Translations under genes and position numbers: made by a program
DNA from: Vicugna vicugna
Lineage: Eukaryota
Direction of reading: 5' to 3'
Assembly (NCBI GenBank): GCA_013265495.1
Contig: MU058213.1
Coordinates: 1,736,001-1,800,000 of the forward strand
DNA length: 64,000 nucleotides
Part shown: positions 11,861 to 24,200 of the stretch, in pieces
Layout of the letters: each line of letters opens with the position of its first letter
How positions within the stretch are numbered: the first letter of the stretch is position 1
Notes under the pieces: generated by a model
What the model saw: only the letters and a program-made list of their open reading frames with translations
What the model was told of the DNA's origin: nothing
Databases searched by the model: none

Positions 11861-12869
11861 ATTCTGTGTGCTTTGTACGTGAGCTGGAATGCTAGTGATA
11901 GTTGATAAATAGAGGCCCAAAGAGAAGAGGCGGAAGTCAATGAGATGAGAAATGACTCGAGTCTAGATGAGAGATTTGGCAGCGTGGATGGAGATGACAG
12001 CACACAGATGACAGATGCTCATAGTATGATGCCAAGCACACTATTAACATCAAATGAATGAGGGAGGTTGTCAGTGTGAATGGCAATTGGATGGATGTGG
12101 ATACCATGGGATAGGAAAGAGTAGAAGATGGTCCTGAAATCTTGAGTTTGAAAGGCAAAAGCCTTTGCCATGTTCTTCTTGGGTGAAGGATGAGGAGTTG
12201 ATACATGCAGACCCCAAAATGGTGGCTTAGAAGTAAGTCATAAAGTTGGGGCTAAAGGAGTCTGGCTGAGGATCTATGAAATGTGGGCACATTCACAACC
12301 TGAAATTAGTCTCTACTTCCCCATCCAATTCCATGTAGTATATGATTTCCAGGAAAATATTCCCTAGCATATAGCATTTATCCTGTTCCTTGATGGTTCA
12401 GGAAACTGTGGCTCTCCATCACCTATCTCCTTGAACCAGTAGCATTCTAAATCACTGAGAATCTGGCCACCTGAACTTTAAAGTCCTGTGGTTTCCTTAA
12501 AACTCTTCACAAATCCTACACCCCTGCATCCTGGCATCTCACTGACCCCTGAGCACACCTGGGGCTTTTTTCACCTCTATGCCTACATTGAATTGCATGC
12601 TTTCCTTACCTGCAGTGAACTTTCTCCCTTTTCTTTATGTGTCTGAAATCCCTCTGTCCTTAAAACCTTGCTACTATTTTGGACTTTTCATGCTACAAAG
12701 TCCACACCTGGGACACACCTCTCCTTTACATAAACATGTAGCCTGTGTAAATTTGTATAGCCTTTGGGTGACTCCGATAATTTCAGTTCCAGTTCTCATT
12801 TGGGATGAATGAAGTTCACAGGGTGAGTACCAGCTGACTGGAGAGAGGAGTTTGGAATAGGAAAGAACT

Positions 12870-13060
12870 AGCATTGACTAAGCCCCTACTGTGCATCAAG
12901 CACTATTTCAGTGCCTTAGAAACATTACTTTATTTCATTTTGCAACAGCTCTACAAAGTAAGTTATATAATCTCCATTTTTATAGCTGAGAAAGCTGGTT
13001 CATAAAAATTGGGTAACTTGTCCAAGATTGCAAGGCAACTGAGTAGTGCCTCTGGAGTCA
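12870..13060 (-). mobile_element. MIR SINE
   Basis: ctactgtgcatcaagcact...ctccatttttatagctgagaaagctg...taacttgtccaag. Confidence 0.8.
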
Positions 13061-13679
13061 GTAGGGATGTATAAGACTAAAAGCCTATGTGGCTGTAACT
13101 GGTGAAAGAGCAAGACAGCAGAGAGCTTTGAGGCCGAAGCACCCCATGTTGTTCTGGAGATCAAACGTCGAGCAAGATGTCAAACCATGCCTGGCAGAGT
13201 ATGTGTTTAATAAATTGTGGTTATTATTATTGTCACATGTAGAGGATACAGTATTTTTATTTCCTCTTTGAATGTCTCATATTACTTAGCAGAGATACTA
13301 CTTACTATTGTCACCTAACTGATGTAAGAACTATTTGATCTATATTTTGCCAAGCCAATCAAAAAGTTGTATTTTTTTCTGTTTCTAAACTGGATGGATA
13401 TGCTAGTCTCCATGTCTTCACACAAAAGAAGACCAAATTAAAGAGTCCTAGAATATGTGGTGTCATGTATAGTTTATAATAAGTGCCCTGAGTACTGTGA
13501 ACTAAGTTTATTTTCATCACTGCCATTGCTAGCACATGGTAAGTGTTTTATAAAAATATATCCCATGATGCAGTTGAATGAGTGAACATGTTTATGAAGT
13601 ACAGTCAGGCATTCTAGCATCACTTTGAGCACATTTACTCCTATTCTGATGATTGCAATGAATGGATCTAGATTTCATT

Positions 13680-13850
13680 CTAGCTGTTCTGAAACTGATT
13701 GATCATCAGAACTTCTTGTTCACTGTTGTTTGCTGTTTTTTTAATCATAGATTCCTGGGCTATATCCTGGGAGAATATGATTTATTGGCTCTGGATGTTT
13801 AAGAAGCTCTCCAGTTAAGTTTTGCTCACTAGCCAGGTTTGGCAATACCA
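13680..13850. mobile_element. MER5-like fragment
   Basis: gttctgaaact...catcagaac...agattcctgggc...tttaagaagctctccag. Confidence 0.5.
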
Positions 13851-14949
13851 CATATCTAGATGGTGATGACTACCCCACCTGCCACATACACTCTCTGTTC
13901 AGCTGATGAGGCACTCAGTGGCCATGAATCAATTTTTTTCTCAAGAGTGACCAACCATGAGTGGTAACATCACCCTTTCTTCTACCCCATGCTGATTGCA
14001 AGCCTCCTGAAGACAGTGCTTATTGGAAAAGGGCAGTCACTGTTATTTATGCCTACTTGATGCTAGAAAAGCAAAGGAAAGAGGAGGCAGAGGGAGAGAT
14101 GAGGGACCTTAGGTCTCATAGGCCACCCTGCCAAAGAAGGCCCTTGATATTGTTGAGTGTTCATCATGAATGCACCCTGATTTGATCCTTTCTGGCCTCA
14201 GGTTGGAAATGTTCTTCTCGGACACAGGCAGAACTTCCCACATGCCACAAGACCACCCTTCACTGCTCTTACCAAACTTTCCTTACCCTAGCCCTTGACC
14301 CTAACCTCTCAGGTATTTAAAGTTCTCTTGGACTTTCCAACATCCCTCATATGGTCTGATGTCAGGCTTAAGGACAGCTCTCAGAGATGTCAGTATGGCA
14401 AATGCCACTTTTCCTGAGACAGTCAGTATGACAATGGGGAAGCAGGCAGGCCATGGAATGGGGACTCCACAGCCATGGATTGGAGCCAGCCAGCCCCTTG
14501 CCAGTGCCAGGATCTCCATCTGTAGCTCTGCCTTTGTCTTCCTGAGCCCAAGCTGCCAGACTTTCCTAAACAGGCACCAAAAGATCCTCAGCAAGGCACC
14601 ACCCCAATTTCAGCTTCTGTTCCAAACTGTGGGAAATATAAAGCTGGATGGGTTGCAAAGAAAATATGATCCAAAGTGTACTTTGAAAACGTTAACTTGC
14701 TAAAAAAAAAAAAAAAGCAATACAATATTGTAAAAATCTTTTTGAGAGCCTATTTAGTTGTTGGGAATGCAAAGAAAATATGAAAAAGTCTTAGTAATAG
14801 CAATAAAAATTTGGGTAGATATTATCATTACTTGATACAAAAATATTTGGATTAAAAACTTAATGGTATTAGATCTTAATGATAATAAAAATAAATAATA
14901 CATATTGCTCTGTGTAGTTTAGAAATTTCCACAGCAGTAGTAATTTTAC

Positions 14950-16295
14950 TTTGTTTTTGTTTTATTTTTTTAAAATTTCTAAACCCAGTAGTTTTTACCT
15001 CCTACTCTCTCACTCCTATATTGCCTTCCTCCACCCCACTGATAACCACTAGTTCTCTATGTCTGTGAGTCTGTCTCTTTATTATATTCACCAGTTTGTT
15101 CTATTTTTTAGATTCCACATACAAATGATGCTATACAGTGTTTGTCTTTCTCTGACTTATTTCACTTAGCATAATGCCCTCCAAGTCCATCCATGTTGCT
15201 GCAAATGGCAAAATTTTGTTCTTTTTTATGGCTGAGAAATATTTCATCTTTTTTATCCGTTCATCTGTTGATGAACACTTAGGTTGCTTCCATATCTTGG
15301 CAGTTATAAATAATGCTGCTCTGAACATTGGGGTGCATGTATCTTTTCAAATTAAGAGTTTTTGGTTTTGTTGAATATATGGCTAGGAATAAAATTGCTG
15401 GGTCATATGATAGTTCTTGTAGTTTTTTGAGAAACCTCCATACTATTTTCCTCAGTGGCTGCACCAATTTACATTCCCAATCAAGTGTATGAAGGGTCCC
15501 TTTTCTCCACATCCTCACTAGCATTTGTTACTTGTCTTCTTGTTGAGAGTCATTCTGACAAGTGTGAAGTAATATCTCATTGTGGTTTTGATTTGCATTT
15601 CCCTGTTGATTAGCAATGTTGAGCATCTTTTCGTGTGCCTTTTGGCCATCTGCATTTTCTTTTTGGAAAAATCTCTATTCAGTTCTCCTGCCCATTTTTA
15701 ATTGAATTGTTTGATTTTTTGATGTTGAGTTGTGTGAGCTGTTTAGATTTGTTGAATATGAATCTCTTACCACTCATATCATTTGCAAATAACTTCTCCC
15801 ATTCTGTAGGATTTTTGTTTTGTCAGTGGTTTCCTTTGCTGTGCAAAAGCTTTTATGTTTAATTAGGTCCCATTTGTTTATTTTTGCTTTTATTTCCTTT
15901 ACTTTAGGAGATGGATCCAAAAAAATATTGCTGTGATTTATGTCAAAAAGTGTCCTGCCTGTGTTGTCCTCTAGGGGTTTTAACAGTATCTGGGCTTACA
16001 TTTCAGTCATTAATCCATTTTGAGTTTATTCCTGTAAATGTTGTTAGAGAATGTTCTGATTTCATTCTTTTACATGTAGCTGTCAAGTTTTCCCAGCACT
16101 GCTTATTGAAGAGACTGTCTTTTCTCTGTTGTATATTTTTGCCTCCTTTATTATAGATTAGCTAACTATAAGTACGTGGGTTTCTTTCTGGACTCTCTAT
16201 CCTGTTCCATTGGTCTGTGTATCTGTTTCTGCACCACTATCATACTGTTTTGATTACTGTAGATTTGTAATATAGCCTGAAGCCAGGGAGCATGA
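14950..16295 (-). mobile_element. 5'-truncated LINE-1 with decayed ORF2 C-terminus and 3' UTR
   Basis: Minus-strand translation AALFITAKIWKQPKCSSTDERIKKM...FAATWMDLEGIMLSEISQ is typical L1 ORF2 C-terminus and downstream sequence; frameshifts present; T-rich tail at left. Confidence 0.95.
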
Positions 16296-16379
16296 ATTCT
16301 ATTTTTTTGTTGTTGCTATTTAATTTTTTTGATTTTTTTGTTTTTACAATATGATATGTATGAAGGATAATGGGCAGCT

Positions 16380-16460
16380 TTTTTTATTGTTGCAAAATAT
16401 ATGTAACATAAAATATACTATCTTAATCACTTTTAAGTATATGGCTCAGTGGCATTGGAC
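16380..16460 (-). mobile_element. L1 extreme 3' end fragment
   Basis: ttttattgttgcaaaatatatgtaacataaaatatactatcttaatcacttttaagt. Confidence 0.6.
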
Positions 16461-16594
16461 AGATTTTTTTCTTTTCTTTTGGTGCAGTCTCTTGCCTATA
16501 TTACCCTTGCTAATTTTTATTTACTTTAAATAGGTATTTAAATACATTCAGGTGTTTTGATATTATGTAGGTACTTACCTCTGATTAAACTCCA

Positions 16595-16825
16595 AAACAT
16601 GTGCCAGTTAATGTGCTAAGTGTTTCATGTCTTACCTCATTTATTCCTTGTAGCAACCCTCTGAGAAAGGCACTATTTATATGTCCCATTTTATAGATGA
16701 GAAAACTGAGGGTCAGAGAGATTGCATTGTTTGTTTAAACTGATATGTCTAGCAAGAGGAGATGTTGGAAGGAGTTTTGTCTACTACAGAGGCTGGATGC
16801 TAAAACACTGCCTCTGTGCCTCTGG
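16595..16825 (-). mobile_element. MIR SINE
   Basis: cccattttatagatgagaaaactgaggg core. Confidence 0.85.
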
Positions 16826-17089
16826 AGACCATAGATTGGTCCACTTTGTTAAAGATAAAATTAATGCATATCCTAAATCCATGTTTATGTCTCTCAGATT
16901 CTGTGCTATTAAAAAAAAAAACTTGACCAAATAGAACAAGAGACTGGATTTTATAGTTTGTATTTACTCTCCCCAATGACTCGGGATGCAGTGTATCCAG
17001 GGATGAGAGAGAACCATTCCTGCTTAACCCAAATGTGGAACCATAAACTTTCTATCTGTAAACAAAGGAAAGACTAAGCATCCATCCAT

Positions 17090-17300
17090 TATTATGTGGT
17101 GTTGTAGTTAGAACTCAGGCCCTGTAGTCAGACTGTCTGAGTACATCCTGACTCCCACTTCATTAGCTACTACTTAATCTCTCAAGGCCTCAGTTTTCTA
17201 ATCTATATAGTGGGGATGAGGGTAATACCTATATCTTCAGATTATGATGATAAATTAATGTACCTGATATAGTGCTAAATTCTAAATAGAGACTAGCTCT
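17090..17300 (+). mobile_element. MIR SINE
   Basis: ctgtagtcagactgtctgag...cttaatctctcaaggcctcagttttctaatct. Confidence 0.8.
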
Positions 17301-17304
17301 GATT

Positions 17305-17535
17305 AGTCATTTATTCAGCAAACATTTATTTAATTCATCTTGTGTGCCAGGCATGGGCCTGGCTTGGCACAGATGATTAAAGCTTGACGCTATCCCTTCA
17401 TACTCTACATACATAGAGGAGCAACAGATTCTTTTATGACAGATATTATAATGATCTCTACAAAGTGGAAGAACAGAGGAGAGGAGAGGGAGTGTGTGGG
17501 AGCAGGGAAAGAGAAGACTTCAGAGAGGAGGTGGC
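17305..17535 (-). mobile_element. L2 3' fragment
   Basis: catttattcagcaaacatttatt...tgtgccaggc...gaagacttcagagaggaggtgg. Confidence 0.7.
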
Positions 17536-19609
17536 TTGTGCTTGGCTAACACCTACTGTATTTCTATACTGTGCAAAACAAACTGCTAATATTTTGTCCA
17601 GAAAACTATTTTAAATATAAAAATATTTAAAATATATAAATTTTAAAAATACTTTTATCCTGCTCAACTAAATTATAAAGAAACAGCACTAACCACCAGA
17701 AAAGGAGAGTACACAAAGCTTCTTGATGATCAAGAAGAGAGGGTGGGGAGAACCCTCCTTGCTATCGGTAGTGTTCTGGCTGTGGAGAACTCATGATTGT
17801 CTCTGGGTCCTAGAGAGCAATTCGGTATGAAGTGAATCTGACATTGTGAGCTAATGTCCTAAGTCAATATCAACATTGAAAGGAAGCCATTGACCAACCA
17901 AGTGAAGCTACTAAAAATGGATTGCAGCCTGGGAAAAATTCCCTGTAGAAGCTGTAAATGTGCTTGGCCAGGCTGAGTTTTTGTAATTCAGCTGGGTAAC
18001 AGCTGAGGGCTGCTGGCCAGACAAACCCGTAGCAATGATCACCCAGCTCATTGGGCTCTGGATCACCAGCACCCACTGAGTGGGCAGAGTGGAGAGGGAC
18101 TGGAGGAAGAAGCAGGCCTCACTGGAGTGGACTGGGCTGAGAGGGGATCTGCCAGGGCTCAGGGGCCATGCACACGCCCTGGTTAATTTCAACCTTTTGA
18201 GAAGCGTGACTCTATAATGAGGGGCTGGTGGTGGCCTTGCTGCATCTCTGCCCTCCTTTCTTGCTTAGTGGCTCATCACACACTGATGGAGATGAACAAT
18301 AGGGGGAGGGGCTAGGAGGCCAGTAGGTTGGACAAAGAATGAAACTGTGCCTTGACCAGATCCATGCCAATTATGTCTGAATAAACAGATCCACAGTACA
18401 AGCTAAGAGCCTTCCTTCCCCCACTCCCCCCAACCCATTTTTTAATTTATTTTTATCTTGATCTGAAAAGTTGGACATATTCCCTGTACCGTGCTGGTAC
18501 CCAGATGGCCTGTTTGCGTAAGCAGTGGGGAAGAAGGTCAATAATACATCAGCATGCAGAGCCTCCACTAAGGTCAGTCCTGCATAAAATACACCATGAC
18601 AACCTGAGGGCAAGTTCTAAATTGTGCTCCAAAAGGGGATGGGGTGGGGGTGAGGGCGGTACAGATGCTGCCTTCTCACAATGACTGCAAAATTGACTTC
18701 TGGCCCCCCAAAAGTATATTTTACTGGGTTTGTATAGTGGTCCTTTAGGAAGTTTTCTTCACACACAGAAGTGCTCATGATCCAAGTGAGGAAGGTTTTA
18801 AGAGGGTCTGCCTTCATGTATAAACACCTGTAATATTAGGAACTTAAAAAAATTGATCAGATCCAGCCGCCCTAAACAGGAACATAATGGCTACTGCAGG
18901 GTCTCAAATTCTAACCTATTCAATCAGCTCCATATATCCTTTTATTTTTTTTTAACTCCAGATATGTTTAAATAAGATTCAAGCACTGAACTAGACAGTA
19001 CCTCTGAGACTTTAGCTGCTTTAAAATTCATATTCTTGAGTGGCATTTCTCAAATATATTTGGTTATGACTATTTAACTAATAAAGATAAAAGCAGATAA
19101 AGTGCATAGAGTCTCTGAGGTTGTTATAAGGATTCTGTTTCTCTCTTCCTTTTAAAAAAAATTGTTGGGAAATCCAGTAGCACCCTTTGAATATAAAAAA
19201 CAGAAGACAAGTCCATTTCAGTTAGGGAATTTATTCAAATTGGAGGTGAATACTGACACACATATTCCTGAAGATTGATCCAGGTTGAAGTGTGTTGCAC
19301 ATGGGTTTACTGTTCAACTTGCAAGTAATTTGTAAAGCCAGAGTCAGTCTTGACTATGAAACATTGTATCACTGTGATTGGAATCAATAGTTCTTGCACT
19401 GTCATTTGTCACATATTTACAAGCTTGAAAAATAGTTCATTTTGTCCTCATCCCATAACTCAAAAGATTGAATCAGAGCCCTGGAGGGATCTGCCAACAG
19501 GACACATTCATTACAGATCACCCATCTTAGAGAGGCTATAATCACAACCACACCAAAAATAGAATATAAATAAAAATTAAAGCACTACTCATTTGGTACA
19601 CTCTTAAAT

Positions 19610-19930
19610 ATTTTCAGCTTCAAATATTTAAACGTCTGCTGGGAGACTTCAATCACCTTGGTGACCTACCTTAGTGACCACAAAGAGAAAATTCATTGAA
19701 GCTGATTTTCCCATCACAGTCTCAAAACATTCAAAGGTATCATTTTTTTTTAAATGAAGAAAAATCAAAATCTAGAGTTAATGGTCCAAAAACTTCATAA
19801 AGTATACTTCTTCCAGTCACCTCGCATATAGTTCATAAATGATCTTCTATTCCCATGAAAGATTTGTAGAAGACATTTAAAGATAATGCTTTCAATTTTA
19901 AGATAAAAGATTTATGAATGATAGAACTTG
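19610..19930 (+). mobile_element. very old CR1/L3-like fragment
   Basis: cttcaaatatttaaa and agatttatgaatgatag loosely resemble the CR1 3' region. Confidence 0.3.
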
Positions 19931-20719
19931 TGTCTATGAAATCGCTAATCCCAACTCTCTAATATTTCAGACAGAGAGCTTCATAAAATGAAAAGACTGC
20001 CCATAAAGTTGTACTATACCTGCTGTCAGAGACAATCAGTAATAGAATTGCGAAGTGAATATTGAAAAGGATGTGAGTCGTGCATTTTGGCTTATAATAA
20101 TGTACTTTAAGTTCCCTTCACTCCACTGTTGTATTGATAAAGTATTAATGGTTGAAGTGTTGAGGGGCCAATTCAGATTCTTTAAACAAGTCCCCAGATA
20201 TGAGGTGAACACATTGTTTATCAAATTTAGTTGTTAAAATGACCTCATATCCTAGTATTGCAGCTAATTTCTTCAGGCATTTTCCTGACTGAATTCAATT
20301 TATGAGAGACTGACCCATTTCTCAAGTATCAGCCTGAGCTAACCTAAAAACTCTATATTGCCACCAAATGCTCAGATGAGTACTTCCGTATAGATATGGC
20401 CTGATGTTCTTTTTGCAAAATAAGACTGAAAATTGATGTCGTATATCAGTTATTTCCTCTCTAATTTGTAACTTTAATATTTGGGTTCTATCACTTTACT
20501 ATTTATGAAATGACTCCATTTCCTCCATAAACATCCTCACTGAGAATGGCTAAAATTCAATTTAAGTCATGCTGAGGTTAAGGATCTGATCTACCTTTAT
20601 CTCTTTAGAAAAGAGATGGAAAGGCACACCTTCTCATGAAGAGGGAGATCTAAATTTGAACATATGTATATTAGACAGAGTTCATGATATCTGCACATTC
20701 ACATACCTCTGTTTAGAAA

Positions 20720-21215
20720 GAAAGAGAGTGGGTGGTGAACCAGGAGACTTGTGTTCACTTCCGCAGCCAACTGGACTAGGAATAGACCTCTAAACCAGAG
20801 ATGTCTCATCCATAGACCAGTCAGTGACTTAGAATGGTATCCTAGCTTGAAAAGATGAGCTTGGTAAATCAGACGCTTTCTAAAATTTGAACTGAGGGAC
20901 GTAATGAGAAGTTGCCAGTAGGGCATGTGCTAGAGGTAAAAAGTTCCATAGTTGTGTGGCTGGGCCATCACTACTGGCCATGTGCAAGATGAGACAGCTT
21001 ACCCTCAGAAAGAGGAGAGAATGTAGCAACCAGGCAGGAGGTGCTCTGAGAGAAAGGGAGAGGAAAAGCCGGTCCTGGGAGCAGCCCTAAATCTGGCACT
21101 TTTGGAGGCATGGTTGTTCAGGTTTGCTCAGATTCTCAGGAAACCTCTCTGGCAGTGAATGTCTTCTCCATAATTTGGAGCTAGTTTGAATGAACTTCTG
21201 TCCCTTGAAACCTCA
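20720..21215 (+). mobile_element. old MaLR LTR (MLT1K/L/M-like)
   Basis: Ends gagctagtttgaatgaacttctgtcccttgaaacc, typical of old MLT1 3' ends. Confidence 0.55.
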
Positions 21216-21619
21216 AAAAACAGAACAAAATACACTTAATGTTGCGACCAACTCAGAGCTAACTTCTCAAGATAAGACACATTGTGCTATTCATTCCATG
21301 GTACTGGCATGCTTCTCTGGATCCGTGAATACTGAAATTTAGTTTTGGTGCCTGTCTTTGTACCTCTTATACTTCTAGTAAGAGACAGATATTCAGGCAC
21401 AAGCAATAGAAAAATGCCTGGCCAAATGGATAAGCAGATGTGCTGAGATAGGCTGGGAATTGTGCTAACAACTGAGCAAACTAATTGGAAGTCTCAAATA
21501 TCCTACTGACAGGTACCTGACTTACACTCTGGGGACAGAAATTTGGGAGATGACACTGCCCAAGGGAATATGTATTTTGAGTGGAGTCCGGAAGGAAGAA
21601 ACTTTGTTCTTTGGGGCAA

Positions 21620-21800
21620 AAAGCATAGGGTAGAATTGATGAAATCTGGATTTGATTTCTGACTCTGCCATTTACTGGCTGTGTGAACTTGAACAAGTTA
21701 TATAAGGTCTCTGAGTCTCAAAGGTATTTGTAAAAGTGTGATAAAAATAGTAACTTTTCTTACAGAGTAGTAGAGATTAAATAAGATAATGTATGCAAAA
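21620..21800 (+). mobile_element. MIR SINE
   Basis: ctctgccatttactggctgtgtgaacttgaacaagtta...gagattaaataagataatgtatg. Confidence 0.85.
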
Positions 21801-23184
21801 AGGGCACTGAAACAACAGATATTTATGTCATTTCGGAGAAATGATATTGAAGGAAAGGGTTTAGTGCCTTCATCATTGAAGCTTATTTCCCTGTCAAAAA
21901 TCTACTGAGGAAAAAATACAGGAAAACTCAAAGAATTTAGTAAGCATCCTCTCTGGCTCACAGAGCTGATTTGGAGGCAAATACATGCATTTTACTAATG
22001 AGGAAGCAGTTTCTCAGGATATATGAAACCTAAAATCAAGTAGCGGTGACATAGTACTTGAAAATGAAGTTACAGGGAATTGGGGGAATATACCACATCT
22101 GCTGGATTACCAAGGGGACCTGCTGTGATTGTTGCAAATCATAACTATCCATTTAATTGTGTGGCAATGGAATCTGATAAAGTACTGGTTTATTGTTTTT
22201 AATTTTGGGAGCAAGCTAAATGTTCAAGCAATAAACTTCACCTGAGGTTGTCCTTATATGGTTTTATTATGCAATTTCAAAACTGCATTTATGCTTATCT
22301 ACTTAAACAAAGAATTAGGCTGTGATCATTACTAATACTTTAAGCTTATCATGACTAGTTCTGATATTAATCTATATATGTGCTAATTCCTCATCTGTCA
22401 CTCAGCAGTTGAATCCTCATTAAGACCTCACCCACTTCACCCACTTTATTTGTGAAGACAGGTGGAAGATGATTGCTGAATGTATGTTTCTTTATCCTCC
22501 ATATCCTAAATTTCATTGTAATGCTTAAAGATCCAAATTACTGTTGACATTTTTCTCTGTGCACATCAGACCATTTTTATTAACAGCTGAAATTATACAT
22601 ATATATACATGTTTATTATTATTTCTTCTGCCTTTCTAACTTGCTGCAGCCTCTTTGTATAACCTAATTTTTCTGGAACAAAAAGTCATGGAAAATTAAC
22701 AAGAGCAGAATTCAAAGAAATACAGACTAAAGAAGGAAATAAAGGAGGGCACTATCAAGAACACATTTGTAAATGCCAGATGTGTTTTGATTCGTGGCAA
22801 TTACGTGAAGAAGCTTAATGATAGTTGCTCAAAGCAAGTTAGACAATGTGACATTATGAAGCATAGACACACAATGAATGGGGTTAGCTATGCAAGAAGA
22901 TAATCCATCCTACAGAATAGTTGGGAAATAACTGGATGAGAAAGAATCAAGTTTTGTCCAAGGAACAAATGTCAGTCTCAGAGAGGCCAGACTAGAATGT
23001 GATTGAATAAGAAAAGGTATGGAACAAGATGAGCTGAATGTTACCAGGACTACAGAAAAGAAGTGTGGGTTGAAGGAAGAGAAATCATCTGCATATACCC
23101 CAGAGAGGAGAACCCAGGGATAAAGGTCTCGTAGCATCTTTCCAGCATGGTATCCTGGCCAAAGAGTGCCCTGTCTGCAGTGCT

Positions 23185-23500
23185 CTTCTTTAATTCATTC
23201 AGCAGATGTTAAGCCCTACTCTGGACCATACACTGTGCTAGGCCCAGGGCCAGATGGAAGAAGAGGGATAAGCACCATGCCTTGTCCCTTTCCTTGCTTT
23301 GTGTAAGCAAGGCCTTTTTGTCCTCAGCACCTAACATTATCTAACATACCACAGGGTTTATATTTACTTTCTTTATTCTCTGTCTTCCCTGCAGTAGAAT
23401 GTAGAGGTTATTCAGTGTGGTGTCAATGTACTGCTGTATCCCTATCGTCTAGAATAGTACCTGGCACATGGACGAGCTCAGTTAATTTAGTGGAAAAATG
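23185..23500. mobile_element. L2 fragments in both orientations
   Basis: attcattcagcagatgtt...cactgtgctaggc (minus); gtctagaatagtacctggcacatgg (plus). Confidence 0.65.
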
Positions 23501-23599
23501 AACCAGAAATAAACAAACAAGTTGGAAAATAAACCTATATAATTACAAAAGCTATACATAAGATAAAGAAAACATCCAGAAAATCCTTCTCTCTGCCCA

Positions 23600-24115
23600 C
23601 ACAGGACCCTTATGACTATTCTCATTTTGGTGCATAGACTTCCATCTACAAAAACAAGTGTGTTATTCCATAATATAGCTTTATGTTGGTTGCATAATAT
23701 TCCATTCTTTACCCTATGCCATATATTTAAGCAATTCCCTATTGATAAACATTTCAGTTGTTTCTATTGTCTTGTATTATAGACAGTGTTACGTTGAACC
23801 TTTGTGAAGAGTATCTTAGCATACTTGTCTGATTTCATCCTTAGAATTAATTCCTAAAAGCAAATTCACTAGGTTAAAGAGTATGCATATTTATATTTTG
23901 ATATATATTTTCAAATCATCCTCCAGAAGCATACAATTTGTATTCCTAACACCAGAGAAAGAAATTATCCATTTTGCCTCACGCCTAACATCTCCTGGTA
24001 TTATCATTCTTTTTTGTTTGCCAATGTCATAAGGAAAATTTGTATTTCATCATTATCTTGAGTCACATTTTTCTGATTTTGATTAGGGTTTGATATTGTA
24101 TATTCAATTTAGCTA

Positions 24116-24157
<42 letters not shown>

Positions 24158-24200
24158 CACTGCTTATTCTTGACTTTTGCTCATTTTTATACTGTAGTGG
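23600..24200 (-). mobile_element. old L1 (L1ME-like) fragment
   Basis: ttgcataatattccatt...ccctattgataaacatttcagttgtttcta...acaatttgtattcctaacacc. Confidence 0.7.
24118..24155. repeat. (TG)n microsatellite
   Basis: Perfect TG run. Confidence 0.97.

Noticed and set aside
14301..14703. Overlapping 114-aa and 97-aa ORFs
   Set aside because: No recognisable protein and no convincing splice sites; consistent with chance in moderately GC-rich DNA
15131..16156. Cluster of ORFs as a host gene
   Set aside because: These are frameshifted L1 ORF2/3' UTR fragments and their antisense frames
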